This document shows positions 8,870 through 21,249 of a stretch of 64,000 nucleotides of DNA, one piece after another. The notes under the pieces are model-generated. The model had not been told where the DNA came from. It was given only the letters and a program-made list of their open reading frames with translations, and did not search any database. Location of the stretch: assembly GCF_024700885.2 (NCBI RefSeq), contig NZ_CP117016.1. One strand, given 5' to 3'. The position numbers and the translations under genes are program-made. The stretch's first letter is position 1. Each line of letters begins with the position of its first letter. The stretch is from Escherichia coli (GTDB lineage: Bacteria > Pseudomonadota > Gammaproteobacteria > Enterobacterales > Enterobacteriaceae).

Positions 8870-11344
8870 TTATTGCGGAGTGACATCCTGAGGTCGCCAC
8901 CAGTATGTCTGGTTAAACTCTTTCTTCGAACGTTGCTCCATTTTACGCAAATAGCCTGGTGAAAAATACTCCTGCATCTGGTTAAAGATCATGTGATCGA
9001 GAGCCGCCTTCAAGTACCAGAGATTCGCACCAGGCATCAAACCTTTCCCCAGCTTCACCAGATCACCACCAGTCTGCTCACTCTTCCCTTCCACAGCATT
9101 TAACGGTATGCCCTGAGCAATCTTCACTACGTCATCAACCAGACCAGCTACCGGGCCAAGCATCGACGCCAGCGCGCCGCTTCCGTACCTAGTGTGATCT
9201 GACAATAAAAAGTCACCGTACAGGCCAAGACCACCACCTTTCAGTAGAGCACCAAGCCAGAATTTTGCGGCATCTTCTCCTGTCATCTCTCGAGGATTAC
9301 GACCAGACGCAAGGTCGTTAAGTTGCTGCGACAAAGCGCCAAGAATGGTCGTACTGGCAATAAACGTCGCAATATATGCCGCACGCCCACCAGCAGACGG
9401 CATACCCATAGCGCGTGACCAGTGACGCATAACAACCGAGATAGGGAACGATTTAAACAGGAAAACACTTCTCGTTAATTCACCTTTCCATGTTCCACGC
9501 TGAATACCAGAACCGGTTATCAGTTGCTCACGTGCTCCCGGTGTAATAACAGCCATATCAACTTCTTCAGTTACGGCACCGAGCAGTTTACGCATTGCCT
9601 CAAATTTCACGCGTTCAGGCTCACCAAGATGTTTAACTGCTGAATCAGGGATACGCATAATGCTTTCCGGCGTCAGCATCGTATTATTACCGTTCCCCCA
9701 GTCCTCCTGTTGCGCCAACTTCCATACGCTCCAGTCTGTGTCAGTAATCCCTTTGCTTTTCAGGATACGAAAATCAGAGTCATCAAGGCTACGAAGGTCT
9801 GGTGTCCGTGACACTACTTCTCCCAGGCTTCCCATCATGGTTACGCCATAGGCGCGCTTGTGCGCATCTGACCATGCTGTAAGCCCACTGGCACGCATTA
9901 CCGCCGTTGCCGCCCAACGAGACACTGACGGCCCCATATTATCCATCGCCCAGCGGTTAACGCTGCCAAGTAGAGATTCCATCGCCAGACCAGCGCGGCG
10001 CGCCCGCACAAGTTCTGTACGGTTCGTTGGGTCCATAGCTTCAAGCTGGTTGCGGAATAACTGGTTCATTGGAAGGTTGGTAACCTTCGCAGACAGATAC
10101 ATGGTTCCAAGATCAGAGAACGATGACAGCAACGCGGATCCGAGCCTGCTGGCAACCAGCCAGTTGCGGATATTGTCAGACCATCGCGCGATGTGCGGAT
10201 TCGCTACAGGCTGTGTCTTTCCGGAAATAAAGTTGTACAGATTCTCTGTGTTGTTCGCCAGCCGCTCGACTTTACCGGTTTTACTCGGGTTAGCTGTTGC
10301 CGTTTCTGCCTTAACCTGATCAAGAAGGGAGCGGAAAACATGATCGGGGTTTGGACCATATGTTTCCACCAGAGCAATATCTTTACTGATACCTTCCAGG
10401 TGACCGACCATGATTTCCCATAGAGAGCGATCGCCATAAAGTTGTTGATATTGGAGATAGGAATCTGCATCTTTGAAATGTATCTGTCGTGATGCATTAC
10501 CACGGTTAGCACGTGCGCCGGAAATTCGCATTCCGGTATCAGTAAGCTTATTCAGCCCACCAGTAGCGATCGTGTTATAAGCCTCTCCAAGAAATGCAGA
10601 CAACTCGGCATCGTTCATCAGTTGTCCATCGGCTCTGGTATAATATTTGCGATCCAGCTTACCTATAACATCGCTAACCCACTTATCCTTTGATACCGCC
10701 CCAACCTTTTCCATAGAATGATGTTGAGGGATCCCCCAGTTTTCGAGATAGCCAATGTCCCCACCAGCATCATTAAACCGGCGGCGCAGCAGCTCTGCAA
10801 CTTCTCTCCACGCTTTAGCACCTTTTCTTGCTTTAGCATTGCCAGTATTTTGCCCCCGCATTTCATATACCAGGTCACGTACGCCCGCTTCATCTTCAAA
10901 CAGGCCAAAAAAGCGAGGATCAACTGCTTCAAATGCCTCCTGCAATTGACTCAATGCATAATCACGAGTGGCTTTTGTTCTGGATTCAACAGAGAGGAAA
11001 TTCGATTTACCGTCTGCATTAAAAGCAATAGTACGGTTAAGAGCGCCAAGTTTCCCATCAGCCCCTTGATAGCTATTGATAAATTTATCCAATCTCTGAC
11101 GTGCGGCTATAGTGAGAGCCACACGACGTTTCTTTAATGCCGCTTCTCGCTGTAATTCTTCAGATGCCAATTGTGCTGCACGATACAACCGTTCTGATTC
11201 GGAAAGTTGTCGCCACGACATCGGGTCATCACGAGCAATGGAGCGCATATTTCGATAAATGCGGTCTTCAATGTTCTGTATTTCTCGCGCCGTTAACGTG
11301 CGCTGCGCCGCCTGCTGGACCGCTTGTATACATTCCTGTCTCAT
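8870..11344 (-). CDS. internal virion / DNA-ejection protein (824 aa)
   Basis: Large protein in the gp15/gp16 position of a T7-like virion operon. Confidence 0.55.
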   Translation of the reverse strand: MRQECIQAVQQAAQRTLTAREIQNIEDRIYRNMRSIARDDPMSWRQLSESERLYRAAQLASEELQREAALKKRRVALTIAARQRLDKFINSYQGADGKLGALNRTIAFNADGKSNFLSVESRTKATRDYALSQLQEAFEAVDPRFFGLFEDEAGVRDLVYEMRGQNTGNAKARKGAKAWREVAELLRRRFNDAGGDIGYLENWGIPQHHSMEKVGAVSKDKWVSDVIGKLDRKYYTRADGQLMNDAELSAFLGEAYNTIATGGLNKLTDTGMRISGARANRGNASRQIHFKDADSYLQYQQLYGDRSLWEIMVGHLEGISKDIALVETYGPNPDHVFRSLLDQVKAETATANPSKTGKVERLANNTENLYNFISGKTQPVANPHIARWSDNIRNWLVASRLGSALLSSFSDLGTMYLSAKVTNLPMNQLFRNQLEAMDPTNRTELVRARRAGLAMESLLGSVNRWAMDNMGPSVSRWAATAVMRASGLTAWSDAHKRAYGVTMMGSLGEVVSRTPDLRSLDDSDFRILKSKGITDTDWSVWKLAQQEDWGNGNNTMLTPESIMRIPDSAVKHLGEPERVKFEAMRKLLGAVTEEVDMAVITPGAREQLITGSGIQRGTWKGELTRSVFLFKSFPISVVMRHWSRAMGMPSAGGRAAYIATFIASTTILGALSQQLNDLASGRNPREMTGEDAAKFWLGALLKGGGLGLYGDFLLSDHTRYGSGALASMLGPVAGLVDDVVKIAQGIPLNAVEGKSEQTGGDLVKLGKGLMPGANLWYLKAALDHMIFNQMQEYFSPGYLRKMEQRSKKEFNQTYWWRPQDVTPQ

Positions 11345-11349
11345 TTAAT

Positions 11350-13152
11350 TTAACCTCTCAAGAAACACGCCACAGCAACATCAAACAGGCTGGAATCCTG
11401 TATTGCCTGCTCACTTTCCCTGTTCGCTTCATCCAGTACTTCTCGCGCGCTGCGCGATTGTGGATTACCATCATCATCCAGCACGGTGATTATCATGTCA
11501 GGTGATTCAAGCAGCGAGTCTTCAGCTATGCGAAGATCAATACCTCCCGCCTGATCCGCCATCATTTTTTGTTCTGCCTGTTGCAATATTTTACCAGGCT
11601 CAAAAGGAGCTACTTCGTCTGGCGTCCTGACCTCTGCTGTTTTATAGAATGAAACAGCCTGAGCATTAAGTTCACTTTCTGCCTGCTGTCTCCGAGCCAG
11701 TTCTGCTCGAGCTTCAAAAAACTGACCGCCAGGCTCGTGCGGTGCCAACGCGTTACGGGAAAATTCCAGGCGTTCTTGTGCCTGCCGGATTCGTTGATCA
11801 ATATCGCGAAGTCTGGCCTGTTTATCTGATCGAGCACGAGACAAAGCTTTACCGCTACCGGTTGGCTCTTCTGCAAGAATTTGTGCCCGCTGTTCAGTGA
11901 GATTTTCAATAATTCGTTGGCTATTAGCGATTTCAGACTGGTAAACCTGTCTATCGCCACGCGGCAAAAGCTGCGCGGCCTGTTCTTCAAGCAACCGATT
12001 TTCTATAGCGCGCGCCGTTACTCCATCATCTACAGATGACAGAGCCTCATTAACTGCCTGAGACAGCAGACTCTTGCGCCCAGGAATTTCACTGAAAGAT
12101 GCAGACTCAACAATGCTGGCAACGTCTACAGGTCTCCCCTGGCTAACATCAGACATAGCTTTTCGCAGAGCCTGAATGTGAGAATTGCGCGAAAGCACGT
12201 TGATCGGCACGCCGGGCGCAATATCAATTTCAGCATGATGAGCGGCATTCGCCGCCAGTGCAGCATCGATATCAACTGGTGAAAAATTTGGTGCGTTTGT
12301 AGACTCGCCGCGAGAGTTAATAAATCTGCCGACACCACCAAACGCCACCCCAAGAACAGCATCAATAGCAATTGACTGTCGATCCAACACATCATACTGG
12401 TTAGCCATTTCGCTATAGCCACCATCACGAAGCGTTTTTGCAGTAAGCCCACGCTGTGCCATACCGAACGCAATATTTGTACCTGCGGCATAGGCAATAT
12501 CTGGCGTTGCACGTACTGCTGTTGCTGCGGCGCGTCGCACTGAACTCTCACCCGTCCGCGCAAGCTGAGCCGCCACACCTTCCGCCAGCGCACCACCAGC
12601 ACGTAACCCGAGGCTCATAGGGATCAGTGTTCCGACACCAGCAGTAATGCCCTGCACTAATCCCGCTTCCTGCGCCGTCCTGAAATCAACACCCTGTGCT
12701 GTCAGCCGTTCAAACTCAGAAAAACCCTGTAGCGAAGTTACCGCCGCTGCACCTCCGACAGGACCACCGAGCGTTGTACCGACAACAGCCTGCCCGCCCA
12801 TATCGAACAACCCATAAAGAACCTGCCCGGCGGTTCCGGTTGTCGCGGCATCAGGCGTCAGCCGCTTAACCTGCTGCTCTGCTAGTTTTCTCTGCTCGGC
12901 AATGTATGAAACTGAAGTGTCATTGAGCGAGGTGTTTTCGTTAACAAACTGAGCAATCGGGGATACGATTTTATCCATCCCTGCCCAGAGCAACTGATCT
13001 GGCTTTGCCACCAGCCCGGAGTACAAACCAGACAATGCCGCTCCTACAGCATTGTCGAAAAAACCAACATCGCTGTTAAAGCCAGCTGGATTTGATGCTG
13101 CTTCGTCAAGCTGCTGATTCTGGTTTACTGGATTAAGGCCAAAGTAACTCAT
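11350..13152 (-). CDS. internal virion / ejection protein (600 aa)
   Basis: Position; Gly/Ala-rich; translationally coupled to neighbours. Confidence 0.55.
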   Translation of the reverse strand: MSYFGLNPVNQNQQLDEAASNPAGFNSDVGFFDNAVGAALSGLYSGLVAKPDQLLWAGMDKIVSPIAQFVNENTSLNDTSVSYIAEQRKLAEQQVKRLTPDAATTGTAGQVLYGLFDMGGQAVVGTTLGGPVGGAAAVTSLQGFSEFERLTAQGVDFRTAQEAGLVQGITAGVGTLIPMSLGLRAGGALAEGVAAQLARTGESSVRRAAATAVRATPDIAYAAGTNIAFGMAQRGLTAKTLRDGGYSEMANQYDVLDRQSIAIDAVLGVAFGGVGRFINSRGESTNAPNFSPVDIDAALAANAAHHAEIDIAPGVPINVLSRNSHIQALRKAMSDVSQGRPVDVASIVESASFSEIPGRKSLLSQAVNEALSSVDDGVTARAIENRLLEEQAAQLLPRGDRQVYQSEIANSQRIIENLTEQRAQILAEEPTGSGKALSRARSDKQARLRDIDQRIRQAQERLEFSRNALAPHEPGGQFFEARAELARRQQAESELNAQAVSFYKTAEVRTPDEVAPFEPGKILQQAEQKMMADQAGGIDLRIAEDSLLESPDMIITVLDDDGNPQSRSAREVLDEANRESEQAIQDSSLFDVAVACFLRG

Positions 13153-15956
13153 TGCGGAATATCTCCGGAGAATCTCTGACGCTTCTGTGTCAGATTAAGA
13201 ACAACGGGAGAACCATCATCTTTCAGCAGATAACCAGTACCAAGTTTCACCAGGTACTGACTATCGCCGTAACTTTGCAAACCATACTGACCAGGCGGTG
13301 TTTTTATCCCGGAGCCGACAACTTGTTCATTCCAAGCCTGATTAACCTGCTTATCGAATTGCTCTGCAGACATTCCCCACGGCAAAAGGACATTCCCCAT
13401 TCCGTTATAGTCATGCACGCCACCTGTAGCTACGTTAACAGCCTGTTTCCAGATATCATTGTCAATTTCGCCTGATACCACGCCTTTTTTCGCCATCACA
13501 CCAGCGTAATAATCCTTTGCGATCTCGTATGCCATTGATGCCCCCTGAGCGTCACCAGCAAATGCATCCTTCACCATGTCAGAAAACTCAAGGCGAAGAT
13601 CAGCATCTTTAGGCATCGGAATACCTTTCGCATCATCAGTACCTTTACGAGCCGCCGCGCCAGCAAGAATTGTCTGCGCAGCGGTTTCAGGAGACACGGA
13701 AACATCCGGATTAAACCAGTTTTTTTCTGCCAAAATACCACCAGGCTTATCCATCAGTATCCCGGCAACGGCAGCAGATGGAGCGTTGGCACTGATCTGC
13801 TGTAGTGCTGACATATACACCTGCCCACCACCAGTGCTCTGCCTGATGGTATCGAGATATGCTGCCTGTTGGGAAACTGGAGCATCACGAAAGAAAACAC
13901 CGATCTGATTGGCCTCGTCTTTGGAAAAGAACGTCAGTGGAGTGCCATATGACTTAGCAAGGTCACTGACCTGAGCGGCACGCAAGGCAACGCTCTGTCC
14001 AAAGTTATCCTTATTGCTCATGTCGATAGGCTTTGCCTGTCCGGAGGCAAGAGAGAACTGCACAGGATCCGACTGCCGCTGCTTTATCACCTGATTTGCA
14101 GCCGAAACAACGTTGTCATAAAGAGCTGCTCGTGCCGCATAGCCCTCCCCTGTATCACCAGTATCCGGGCGTAATTGCTCAACATATGCTGTAATGCTGC
14201 TTGTCGGCATGTTGCGGAAAGAGCCTATATACTGTCCAGCGATCTGCGTATTCTTAAACTCGGTATATCGCAGGTTTCCTTCTCTGACTCCATAAGCTGC
14301 AATAAAATCATCCTCACCAGGTGGGTTAGGAAATTCAACGCCACGCATATATGCAGCTGTCGCATCGCGAACCTGGCTGTCAATCATCGTTTTATATTCA
14401 GCCTGCTGCTGCCGACGCAGTTGATCCGCCTGTCGCATAAAACTTGCCTGCGCCTCAGGAGATGCCGCATCGAATGCTGCATTACCGGTATAGCGTTTGG
14501 TGTTGGTTGGAATTGTTGATAAACCAAGTGCTGCACTGACACCAGCAGTTAACTGCTGATCACTGTATGGCTGGCTACCGTTCTCATGATGGATAATGGC
14601 TGCACAAAGCGCCTTCAGGGTATCAGGATTTGATGCATCGAGAGGCTCATCAGCAGAAACGCCAAGTTGTTCGCACACTGCTTTGATATATGACATAGTG
14701 TCATTTTTATCAGTAGGCGGTGCCCAGCGATTAATTATCTCGCTGACTGTATCAATACCCTGCCGCTGATACGACATCAGGTTCCGCCCTAATGCACGAA
14801 TCCCGTGTTCAGGTGTTTCGAATTTAGCAAATCGACCATCATCACCGGTCTGGCCTACCCACGGATTAGTTTTGCTGTATTCGAGATTTCCTGGGTTGTT
14901 ATTACGGATACCGCGAGCACCACCTTTTACGTAATACTGATCCTGCTGTTCGTGAAGTTTCTCAGCATAGGCGGTCGCATTCTCAGGGTTATCGAATATT
15001 CCAAGGTGTTTTCCAGTTTTTTCATACAGAGCAATAGCTTCGTCATCGGAAAGCAATTTTCCATCATCACTGACGGTGGGAATGAGAACTTCTCCAGCTT
15101 CCGTGCCTATAGAAATTGTTCGAACGGTACTGATAGTCCCATCTTCATTTTTGACAGATGGGCGGTTGAAGAGATTAATATTTCCTTGAACAACCATTCC
15201 CTTTGTGGACTTTGGCTCTCCACCATAAGGATTAACAATAGCCCGCTTTGATCCAGCAGCAGTATCGCTTAGCTCGCCATTACTTTGGATAAATGAGATC
15301 GCATTGTTTGCCGACCACTGGGACAATGCTGCATCAGCAACCTTCTCTTTAAACTCGATTTTCTTGGCCTGTATTTGCTCGTCGCTCCAGCCATGTGCAG
15401 CACCGTACTCCTCAATTTGCTGGAAAGTTTGCTTATTAGCCAATATGTATGCGGCATTGTCGCCATACAATGCTGCGGCATTTTTACCATTGTTCAGCAG
15501 CGTCGCCTGAAACTGACCTTCTTCGTAGGCATTAATTTGCCCTATCTCGTGCCGCCCGGCCTGCGTAGTGAACTGAATGCGCTGCTGCTGTGCCTGCTGC
15601 ATGAAAGCATTACGAGTCTGTTCATCCGGCAGCGACATAGCCAGTTGTTCGACCTGAGCATCAAACTGCTGCGTATACTCCTGACCTTTTCCAATAGCAT
15701 TTTTCCCTTTCAGGTTAAGCAATCCTGTTTCAGTATTATTCAGCAGATCACTGCTTATCTGACTGAGGTTAAGAGATGCCTCCTGAGCCAGAGCGATATT
15801 GGCACGCTGTTTTGCCTGCCCCAAAACATCAATTGCCTCTGTCCCTGCCCGAACAAAAGCATCACTAATACCTGGCTGAGAAAACGTCTGCAAGCCTGCT
15901 GACTGAACTCCACGACTCTCAACCTGACGTCCGGATACTGTTGGTACGACTGGCAT
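13149..15956 (-). CDS. internal virion protein with possible cell-wall hydrolase-like segment (935 aa)
   Basis: Position; start set at MPVVPTV where ATG overlaps upstream stop; segment [12 protein letters not shown] could be a muralytic motif (uncertain). Confidence 0.55.
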   Translation of the reverse strand: MPVVPTVSGRQVESRGVQSAGLQTFSQPGISDAFVRAGTEAIDVLGQAKQRANIALAQEASLNLSQISSDLLNNTETGLLNLKGKNAIGKGQEYTQQFDAQVEQLAMSLPDEQTRNAFMQQAQQQRIQFTTQAGRHEIGQINAYEEGQFQATLLNNGKNAAALYGDNAAYILANKQTFQQIEEYGAAHGWSDEQIQAKKIEFKEKVADAALSQWSANNAISFIQSNGELSDTAAGSKRAIVNPYGGEPKSTKGMVVQGNINLFNRPSVKNEDGTISTVRTISIGTEAGEVLIPTVSDDGKLLSDDEAIALYEKTGKHLGIFDNPENATAYAEKLHEQQDQYYVKGGARGIRNNNPGNLEYSKTNPWVGQTGDDGRFAKFETPEHGIRALGRNLMSYQRQGIDTVSEIINRWAPPTDKNDTMSYIKAVCEQLGVSADEPLDASNPDTLKALCAAIIHHENGSQPYSDQQLTAGVSAALGLSTIPTNTKRYTGNAAFDAASPEAQASFMRQADQLRRQQQAEYKTMIDSQVRDATAAYMRGVEFPNPPGEDDFIAAYGVREGNLRYTEFKNTQIAGQYIGSFRNMPTSSITAYVEQLRPDTGDTGEGYAARAALYDNVVSAANQVIKQRQSDPVQFSLASGQAKPIDMSNKDNFGQSVALRAAQVSDLAKSYGTPLTFFSKDEANQIGVFFRDAPVSQQAAYLDTIRQSTGGGQVYMSALQQISANAPSAAVAGILMDKPGGILAEKNWFNPDVSVSPETAAQTILAGAAARKGTDDAKGIPMPKDADLRLEFSDMVKDAFAGDAQGASMAYEIAKDYYAGVMAKKGVVSGEIDNDIWKQAVNVATGGVHDYNGMGNVLLPWGMSAEQFDKQVNQAWNEQVVGSGIKTPPGQYGLQSYGDSQYLVKLGTGYLLKDDGSPVVLNLTQKRQRFSGDIPQ

Positions 15957-16501
15957 TATAATCCTCCGGGTAATCTGGTTCCTGCTGCTGCCCCGATTGG
16001 CGCAGGGGTGCTTTGAGTAAACGGACTCCACGTCCCACCAAACATCTGGTACGCACCGTATGCCTTCAGAGGCGCAGTGAGCAATGTTGTTGCTGCTCCC
16101 ACATTCCCCTGTTTACGGGCTGAACTGGCTTCTGCTTTATAGTTGGCAGCCTGAACCTGATAACCGTAAGCCTCGCGTTGCGCGTTATTCACCGTCGTCA
16201 GCGAATCAAGAGCGCCAAACTGGGCAGTGTCGCCAAATATATCCAGCGCGTTACCGGTAGATAAATCGGCGCCGGTCGCCCCCATTGTCGCCGCCTGTGT
16301 ACCAAGCCGCTGTCGGGTCTCTCTGCGCCGTTGCTCAGCTTCAGCGTTACCTCTGTTTATTGCATCATTTGCCTGAGCTGTGGCTATATCTGCGTTCGCT
16401 TCTGCAACCTTCGAGGCATACTTTCCCTGTTGGTACTGGGTGTATGCCTGAATGCCACTCATGGCGAGCATTGCGCCACCAGCAATAACCGGATCGCACA
16501 T
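15956..16501 (-). CDS. internal virion protein B-like (gp14-like)
   Basis: Size and position after tail tubular genes; Ala/Gln-rich. Confidence 0.5.
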   Translation of the reverse strand: MCDPVIAGGAMLAMSGIQAYTQYQQGKYASKVAEANADIATAQANDAINRGNAEAEQRRRETRQRLGTQAATMGATGADLSTGNALDIFGDTAQFGALDSLTTVNNAQREAYGYQVQAANYKAEASSARKQGNVGAATTLLTAPLKAYGAYQMFGGTWSPFTQSTPAPIGAAAGTRLPGGL

Positions 16502-16965
16502 TATTTTCTCTCCATGTGAAATCTGTGGAAATTAAGACCAAGAGCACCATAAGGCGCGGCTTCTTCAAGCCTGAATCCAAGCCAGTGCAGCCATGCTTTG
16601 GCAACATGGTTTCGCTCGTCGACGTAGTTTTCCAGGCGTGGATAAACTGCCAGCATCTGCTGCAATACAGGGCGGCAGTGGCGAAGAAATGTCTTCTGAT
16701 ATTTTTCAATACGGCTGGTTCCTACCAGCCAGGGCGTACCATTGCCACCGATCATTGACGCCGGAGATACGCCAAACATGGTTACCAGTTCTCCGTTCGC
16801 AAATCCTGACCAGGCCATAGTCGCAGTGCGAAGACCAACACGCAGCGCATCTTCGGTAGTCATCAGCGATACCGCATACAGTTCGTCAATATCAGCCTGA
16901 CGAACATCCGGAAAAATCATCTGAAGATGCTCTTCGGTAGCGGGAACAATTCGAACATCGATCAT
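16501..16965 (-). CDS. internal virion protein A-like (gp13-like) / hypothetical
   Basis: Size and position only. Confidence 0.4.
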   Translation of the reverse strand: MIDVRIVPATEEHLQMIFPDVRQADIDELYAVSLMTTEDALRVGLRTATMAWSGFANGELVTMFGVSPASMIGGNGTPWLVGTSRIEKYQKTFLRHCRPVLQQMLAVYPRLENYVDERNHVAKAWLHWLGFRLEEAAPYGALGLNFHRFHMERK

Positions 16966-19436
16966 CAGAATCCCCCAACAGTAAGGCGAGGAATAACGGC
17001 AAGAACAGACAGCGGCAACGGGTCAAGCTGACGGATTCTTACACGTCCGTTTTTGCCCCAGTTACTGTCCAGTTTCACTTCTACTTTTCCGGTAGCGTCA
17101 TCAACAGGATCATCGTAGAACTCGAATTCACGCTGTGGATATTCGTACCATTTACCGCCGGGCGTAGTCGCCCAGATGCCGCGGCTGGCATTCACAACCA
17201 GAGTAACGGATGGGATCACCTGTTTTTTGTCCAGCAGCGTTTCCTGTCCGTTAATGTTGATATCCAGTGTTTCGAATTCAGCAGTTATTGGCAGGCCGAT
17301 GTGCACTACAGCCCCCGGTGATTCCAGCGTGACGGCGCCTCCGGAAACTACTTTCTGTGGTTCCACGTTCGCATCAGAGAGGATGTTTACGGTCTGACCT
17401 TCAAGATGAGACAAGCCGCCAAATGCCCGGCGCGCCATCTGCCAGTTCGTGGTGGCCACATTCCTGAGGGATGGCGGGACGTTCCTGTTAGCACGAACCA
17501 CTACAGCGGTGTTGCTGGTTACAGAAATAATGTCGCAACGTAATTCTTTTGACACTTCATCGCCAGTATCAGGATCAGTTCCGGTATAAGGGAACTGTAG
17601 TTGCGCACCGACATCACTACTGGTGAAGTACGCACCGCCAGAAATACTGATTGTATATTCCGCGCGGTAATCCCATTCGCCAGAACCACCAGTGATGGTC
17701 ATCGTTCTGTCAGACGTATTTCTTCCATCATAGCTAAGGCCAGAATCAACAAAGAAAGCATCTTCATCGCTGGTAAATAAACGGCTGGACAGTCTCTCGA
17801 TGTATCTCACTGTTTGCCCGTTAACGGTTCGGTTAACGACGAAATACACCGCATCTTCATTTCCTTCGCTGATACTGCATGTGCTTTCATATTTTCCGGT
17901 ACTGGATTGTGGTGCCCATGCAAAAACCTGCTGATCACGCAAATAGGTCATCACCAGTAATTTACCGTCATCACGAATGCAGAAGGCGCTGGAGTAAGGG
18001 ACAATAGAGAAGCACCAGTCAACAATGCTGTGCTTCTGAAAAAGATGATTGGCAAGGATGGTCAGGTCGTTCCCCTGATAGCCGTCAACATCGAATGAGT
18101 AGGCCAGATCACGGACAACACTGCCTTTCTCCTGGACGAACAGAGCAATATTCGCCACGGCAATTGGTGGGACATTGCTCGAGCCATTTGATCCCTGAGA
18201 GCTGAATGCAAATGATGATGGGGTTAACACTTTGTTCTGGTCGCCGGTGATGACGTACTCACCTCCGGAAGTCAGTGCCACCAGCGAACCGACATCAATC
18301 AGGTGGCGGATCTCATTAACCTGACGCCCGGCATAGGTGTAGATAATTCTGTCGTTATCCTGCGTAGGATTGCTTTTGCCAAAATCCTTATAATCCCCAG
18401 TACGGCTGGCCCAGATAGTCTGAGGGAACGCAGTCGATGCGGCGAAGTAAAGACGTTGTTGATAATAAACAACAGTGCCAGGATAACCATTAACACTGTT
18501 CCAGGCATATTTAGCCCATTTATAGCTGGCATTATCCTCGCCAACGACCTGCGAAGGGATATAGGAAATCACCTCGGCAGTTGCAGTAGTGCCGTTTACA
18601 GCAGTGATACGGGCAATGCCAAACCCACTGTGCAGATACTCCCACTCAATGCCAGTATTATCATCACCGGATCCGCCCCAGCCATCCCATGATGTGCCTT
18701 CTGTATGCGAAGGGCGCAAAGTACCAGTTTTGCCTGCTGTAACGGCGCGATAGTAGTTACTGTCTGCACGGCGAATATCACCAATCGACGTACTCTTACT
18801 GGTTTCCCATACCGGCACTGAATCCACTGCTGGCTGTTCCAGATAGAACAATTTGCCTACCTGCTCCGCGCCAAAAATAGAGGCGCTTGCCGTTAACGTA
18901 ATTGTCCCGGTGCTGGCGCTGGCATAAACCGTCACTGACTCGTCAATATTGATATCTTCAAATGGCCCGTTCTTCGTTACCACATCAACCAGTTGCCAGT
19001 TGTCATGCGCATAGCGGCGCAACTCTTTCGGCGGGTATGCCGGATGAACCAGCGTAAGCACGTCTGCGCTTTGCGTGAATTTAATTCTGAACAGATCGGC
19101 TTCAGTATATGGCGTGGCAATTTCATAAATAACATTGCTGCTGTTCAGCACCAACGCACCATCTTTGATAACGCGCATGTACTGGTGTCCGAACTCCAGA
19201 GCATAAGTCTGAACCGTCGAGAACTGGAACGGGATCAGGCGGCATTTCCGATTTGGGTATTTGGCGGCACCGACAAAACGCGTACCAGGTCGATTCTCAA
19301 CGCCGCCATACTGCCGCACGATAAAGTTATCGCACTTGCGCAATGCCACCTGGTACTTCGCCATGTCGATACGACCGTACAACGACGGTCCAATCTCACC
19401 ACCGGCAAAGCTGGGCTGGATCCAACTGATAGCCAT
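16965..19436 (-). CDS. tail tubular protein B (T7 gp12-like)
   Basis: 823 aa, immediately after tubular A-like gene; T7-like gene order. Confidence 0.7.
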   Translation of the reverse strand: MAISWIQPSFAGGEIGPSLYGRIDMAKYQVALRKCDNFIVRQYGGVENRPGTRFVGAAKYPNRKCRLIPFQFSTVQTYALEFGHQYMRVIKDGALVLNSSNVIYEIATPYTEADLFRIKFTQSADVLTLVHPAYPPKELRRYAHDNWQLVDVVTKNGPFEDINIDESVTVYASASTGTITLTASASIFGAEQVGKLFYLEQPAVDSVPVWETSKSTSIGDIRRADSNYYRAVTAGKTGTLRPSHTEGTSWDGWGGSGDDNTGIEWEYLHSGFGIARITAVNGTTATAEVISYIPSQVVGEDNASYKWAKYAWNSVNGYPGTVVYYQQRLYFAASTAFPQTIWASRTGDYKDFGKSNPTQDNDRIIYTYAGRQVNEIRHLIDVGSLVALTSGGEYVITGDQNKVLTPSSFAFSSQGSNGSSNVPPIAVANIALFVQEKGSVVRDLAYSFDVDGYQGNDLTILANHLFQKHSIVDWCFSIVPYSSAFCIRDDGKLLVMTYLRDQQVFAWAPQSSTGKYESTCSISEGNEDAVYFVVNRTVNGQTVRYIERLSSRLFTSDEDAFFVDSGLSYDGRNTSDRTMTITGGSGEWDYRAEYTISISGGAYFTSSDVGAQLQFPYTGTDPDTGDEVSKELRCDIISVTSNTAVVVRANRNVPPSLRNVATTNWQMARRAFGGLSHLEGQTVNILSDANVEPQKVVSGGAVTLESPGAVVHIGLPITAEFETLDININGQETLLDKKQVIPSVTLVVNASRGIWATTPGGKWYEYPQREFEFYDDPVDDATGKVEVKLDSNWGKNGRVRIRQLDPLPLSVLAVIPRLTVGGF

Positions 19437-20041
19437 CAGGACAACCTCGCAATGGTAAACTCGTCAACCGGTGGCTGTGGTTCCTGTGATTCATTCTGGC
19501 TATGCGAGCCAGCACTAAGAATCACGCGATTGTACATATTGAGGGCAAACGTACCGAGGTCTGCATTCCCAGTCAGCGCCATGTTAATAGCTGCCGCAAG
19601 ACGCCAGGCCAACGCCTCCATAAAAATGGCATCAAACATGTTCACATCTGTAACACGAGAGACATACTTGAGCCATGCCTGAGGCTGGTCTGTGTAGATC
19701 AACTTTCCTGTTCCGTTGGTGTCTACACCTACTTCGTACTGAACGCGCATTGCTGCTGTTGGATTGCGTACACCAGGAAGCATAATTTCAGTAATGCGCA
19801 GACAATCGGACGGGTACTGATACGCATATTCCCAGTCAGGCGGTAGATTGCTCGTATCTGCAAGCGCCACGCGTTTGGTAGCAAAGTTCCAGTCAAAATC
19901 AGAAAGCACAGCATCACGGCAGGCCTCAAAGTGCAGCGAACATTCCCCCGCTTCCTTGCTGGCTTCCGTCAGGCTGTTAATGCTGCGGCTATTGCCAATA
20001 TTGGACAGCGCACGATTGCAGATCTCTACTACAGAGGCCAT
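19436..20041 (-). CDS. tail tubular protein A (T7 gp11-like)
   Basis: ~200 aa; N-terminus CNRALSNIGNSRSINSLTE resembles gp11 N-terminus. Confidence 0.7.
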   Translation of the reverse strand: MASVVEICNRALSNIGNSRSINSLTEASKEAGECSLHFEACRDAVLSDFDWNFATKRVALADTSNLPPDWEYAYQYPSDCLRITEIMLPGVRNPTAAMRVQYEVGVDTNGTGKLIYTDQPQAWLKYVSRVTDVNMFDAIFMEALAWRLAAAINMALTGNADLGTFALNMYNRVILSAGSHSQNESQEPQPPVDEFTIARLS

Positions 20042-20370
20042 TACTCACCCCCATTGCCGTACAGGGTTTCAGCCGCTGATTTTTCTACATCCCCGGAAAC
20101 AGGAGCGATCGCCATATCAGTGATCTGCAGATCGGCACTGCGATTAACACCATCGTCAGTTTCTCTGGCAGACAGGCCTCGAATAACAGCCTTTGCAGTT
20201 ATCATCACTTCTGTTCCGACGCCCTGAGGTTGCGCCTTCAGCTTATTCAATGTGTCGTTATTAAGAGTGATGCACAGCCCCCACGGGTATTCATCGCGAG
20301 TTCTGGTTTCTCCGCTCTCATCCTGGTAGCTGTCAGTGCCGGTTTTGAGGTTTACGAGTTCCATATACAC
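20041..20370 (-). CDS. hypothetical virion-module protein
   Basis: ORF in structural operon, overlapping stop/start. Confidence 0.45.
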   Translation of the reverse strand: MYMELVNLKTGTDSYQDESGETRTRDEYPWGLCITLNNDTLNKLKAQPQGVGTEVMITAKAVIRGLSARETDDGVNRSADLQITDMAIAPVSGDVEKSAAETLYGNGGE

Positions 20371-20414
20371 TCCTGCAATAAAGGGGCCGAAGCCCCTTGT
20401 CTGATCCGCGAGGC

Positions 20415-20759
20415 TTACACGCCCAGTTCTTTACGCTTATCTGCGATCTTCTCGCGGAGCGTTTCGGCTTTGGCGTTATGGTGTGGCTTCTCGTTAAAGA
20501 GCAATTCGTACTCTTCACGGAGCTTATCCAGTTCACCATCATCTGACACATCGTTGATGATTTTGGTGCTGGTTGCTGCCATTGACACCTTTCCTGCAAC
20601 TTTTGCTTTTGCCTGTCTGGCTGCATCGTTAACAGGTTCCAGTGCGCTACCAGGCTCACCTTCGTATTCGATTTCTGCCCCCTCCGGCCACAGTGTGTTA
20701 TGGATATGAGAGAGGCGCAGAACGCGGTATCTTGGTTTCTCACCTGACATCGATATCAC
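20415..20759 (-). CDS. hypothetical virion-module protein
   Basis: ORF in structural operon. Confidence 0.45.
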   Translation of the reverse strand: MISMSGEKPRYRVLRLSHIHNTLWPEGAEIEYEGEPGSALEPVNDAARQAKAKVAGKVSMAATSTKIINDVSDDGELDKLREEYELLFNEKPHHNAKAETLREKIADKRKELGV

Positions 20760-20760
20760 C

Positions 20761-21198
20761 TTAACCAGTTACTTTTGAGCGGATCGGGTACGGCGTATTG
20801 GCATCAACATCCAGACTGATACCAGCAGTGAATTTGCCATCCGTTAGTGGGCCAGTTGCGACGGAGTAGTTAACACGCAGATATCGCTGAACACCGGCTG
20901 GCACCTTTGCAGAAACAACTCGCTTACCTGCTGTCAGGGTGGCCTTTGCCAGTGCGCCACTATCATAAATAGTGGTCCAAGAGCTGTTATTCTCACTCGT
21001 CTGCAACTGGATGTTTACAGTTGCCTCACCACTTGCCGTGGCGGCTTCGTTAACCAGCGCCCAAAACTCAAGCGGGTAACCCACGTCGATATCGCGACGG
21101 TTTCCATCAATTGGACCGAGATCGATTACGTCAGTAGAAGCCGCGGTATCAGTTACCGCCTGTGCTTCGGAGAACATCAACAGTTTGTCGGTGATCAT
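20761..21198 (-). CDS. hypothetical head-associated protein (possible decoration protein)
   Basis: Position directly downstream of the capsid gene. Confidence 0.4.
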   Translation of the reverse strand: MITDKLLMFSEAQAVTDTAASTDVIDLGPIDGNRRDIDVGYPLEFWALVNEAATASGEATVNIQLQTSENNSSWTTIYDSGALAKATLTAGKRVVSAKVPAGVQRYLRVNYSVATGPLTDGKFTAGISLDVDANTPYPIRSKVTG

Positions 21199-21249
21199 CT
21201 TCTTTCTCCATTAGTGGGTCTGTTACGACCCACAGGTTAATAACAGGCG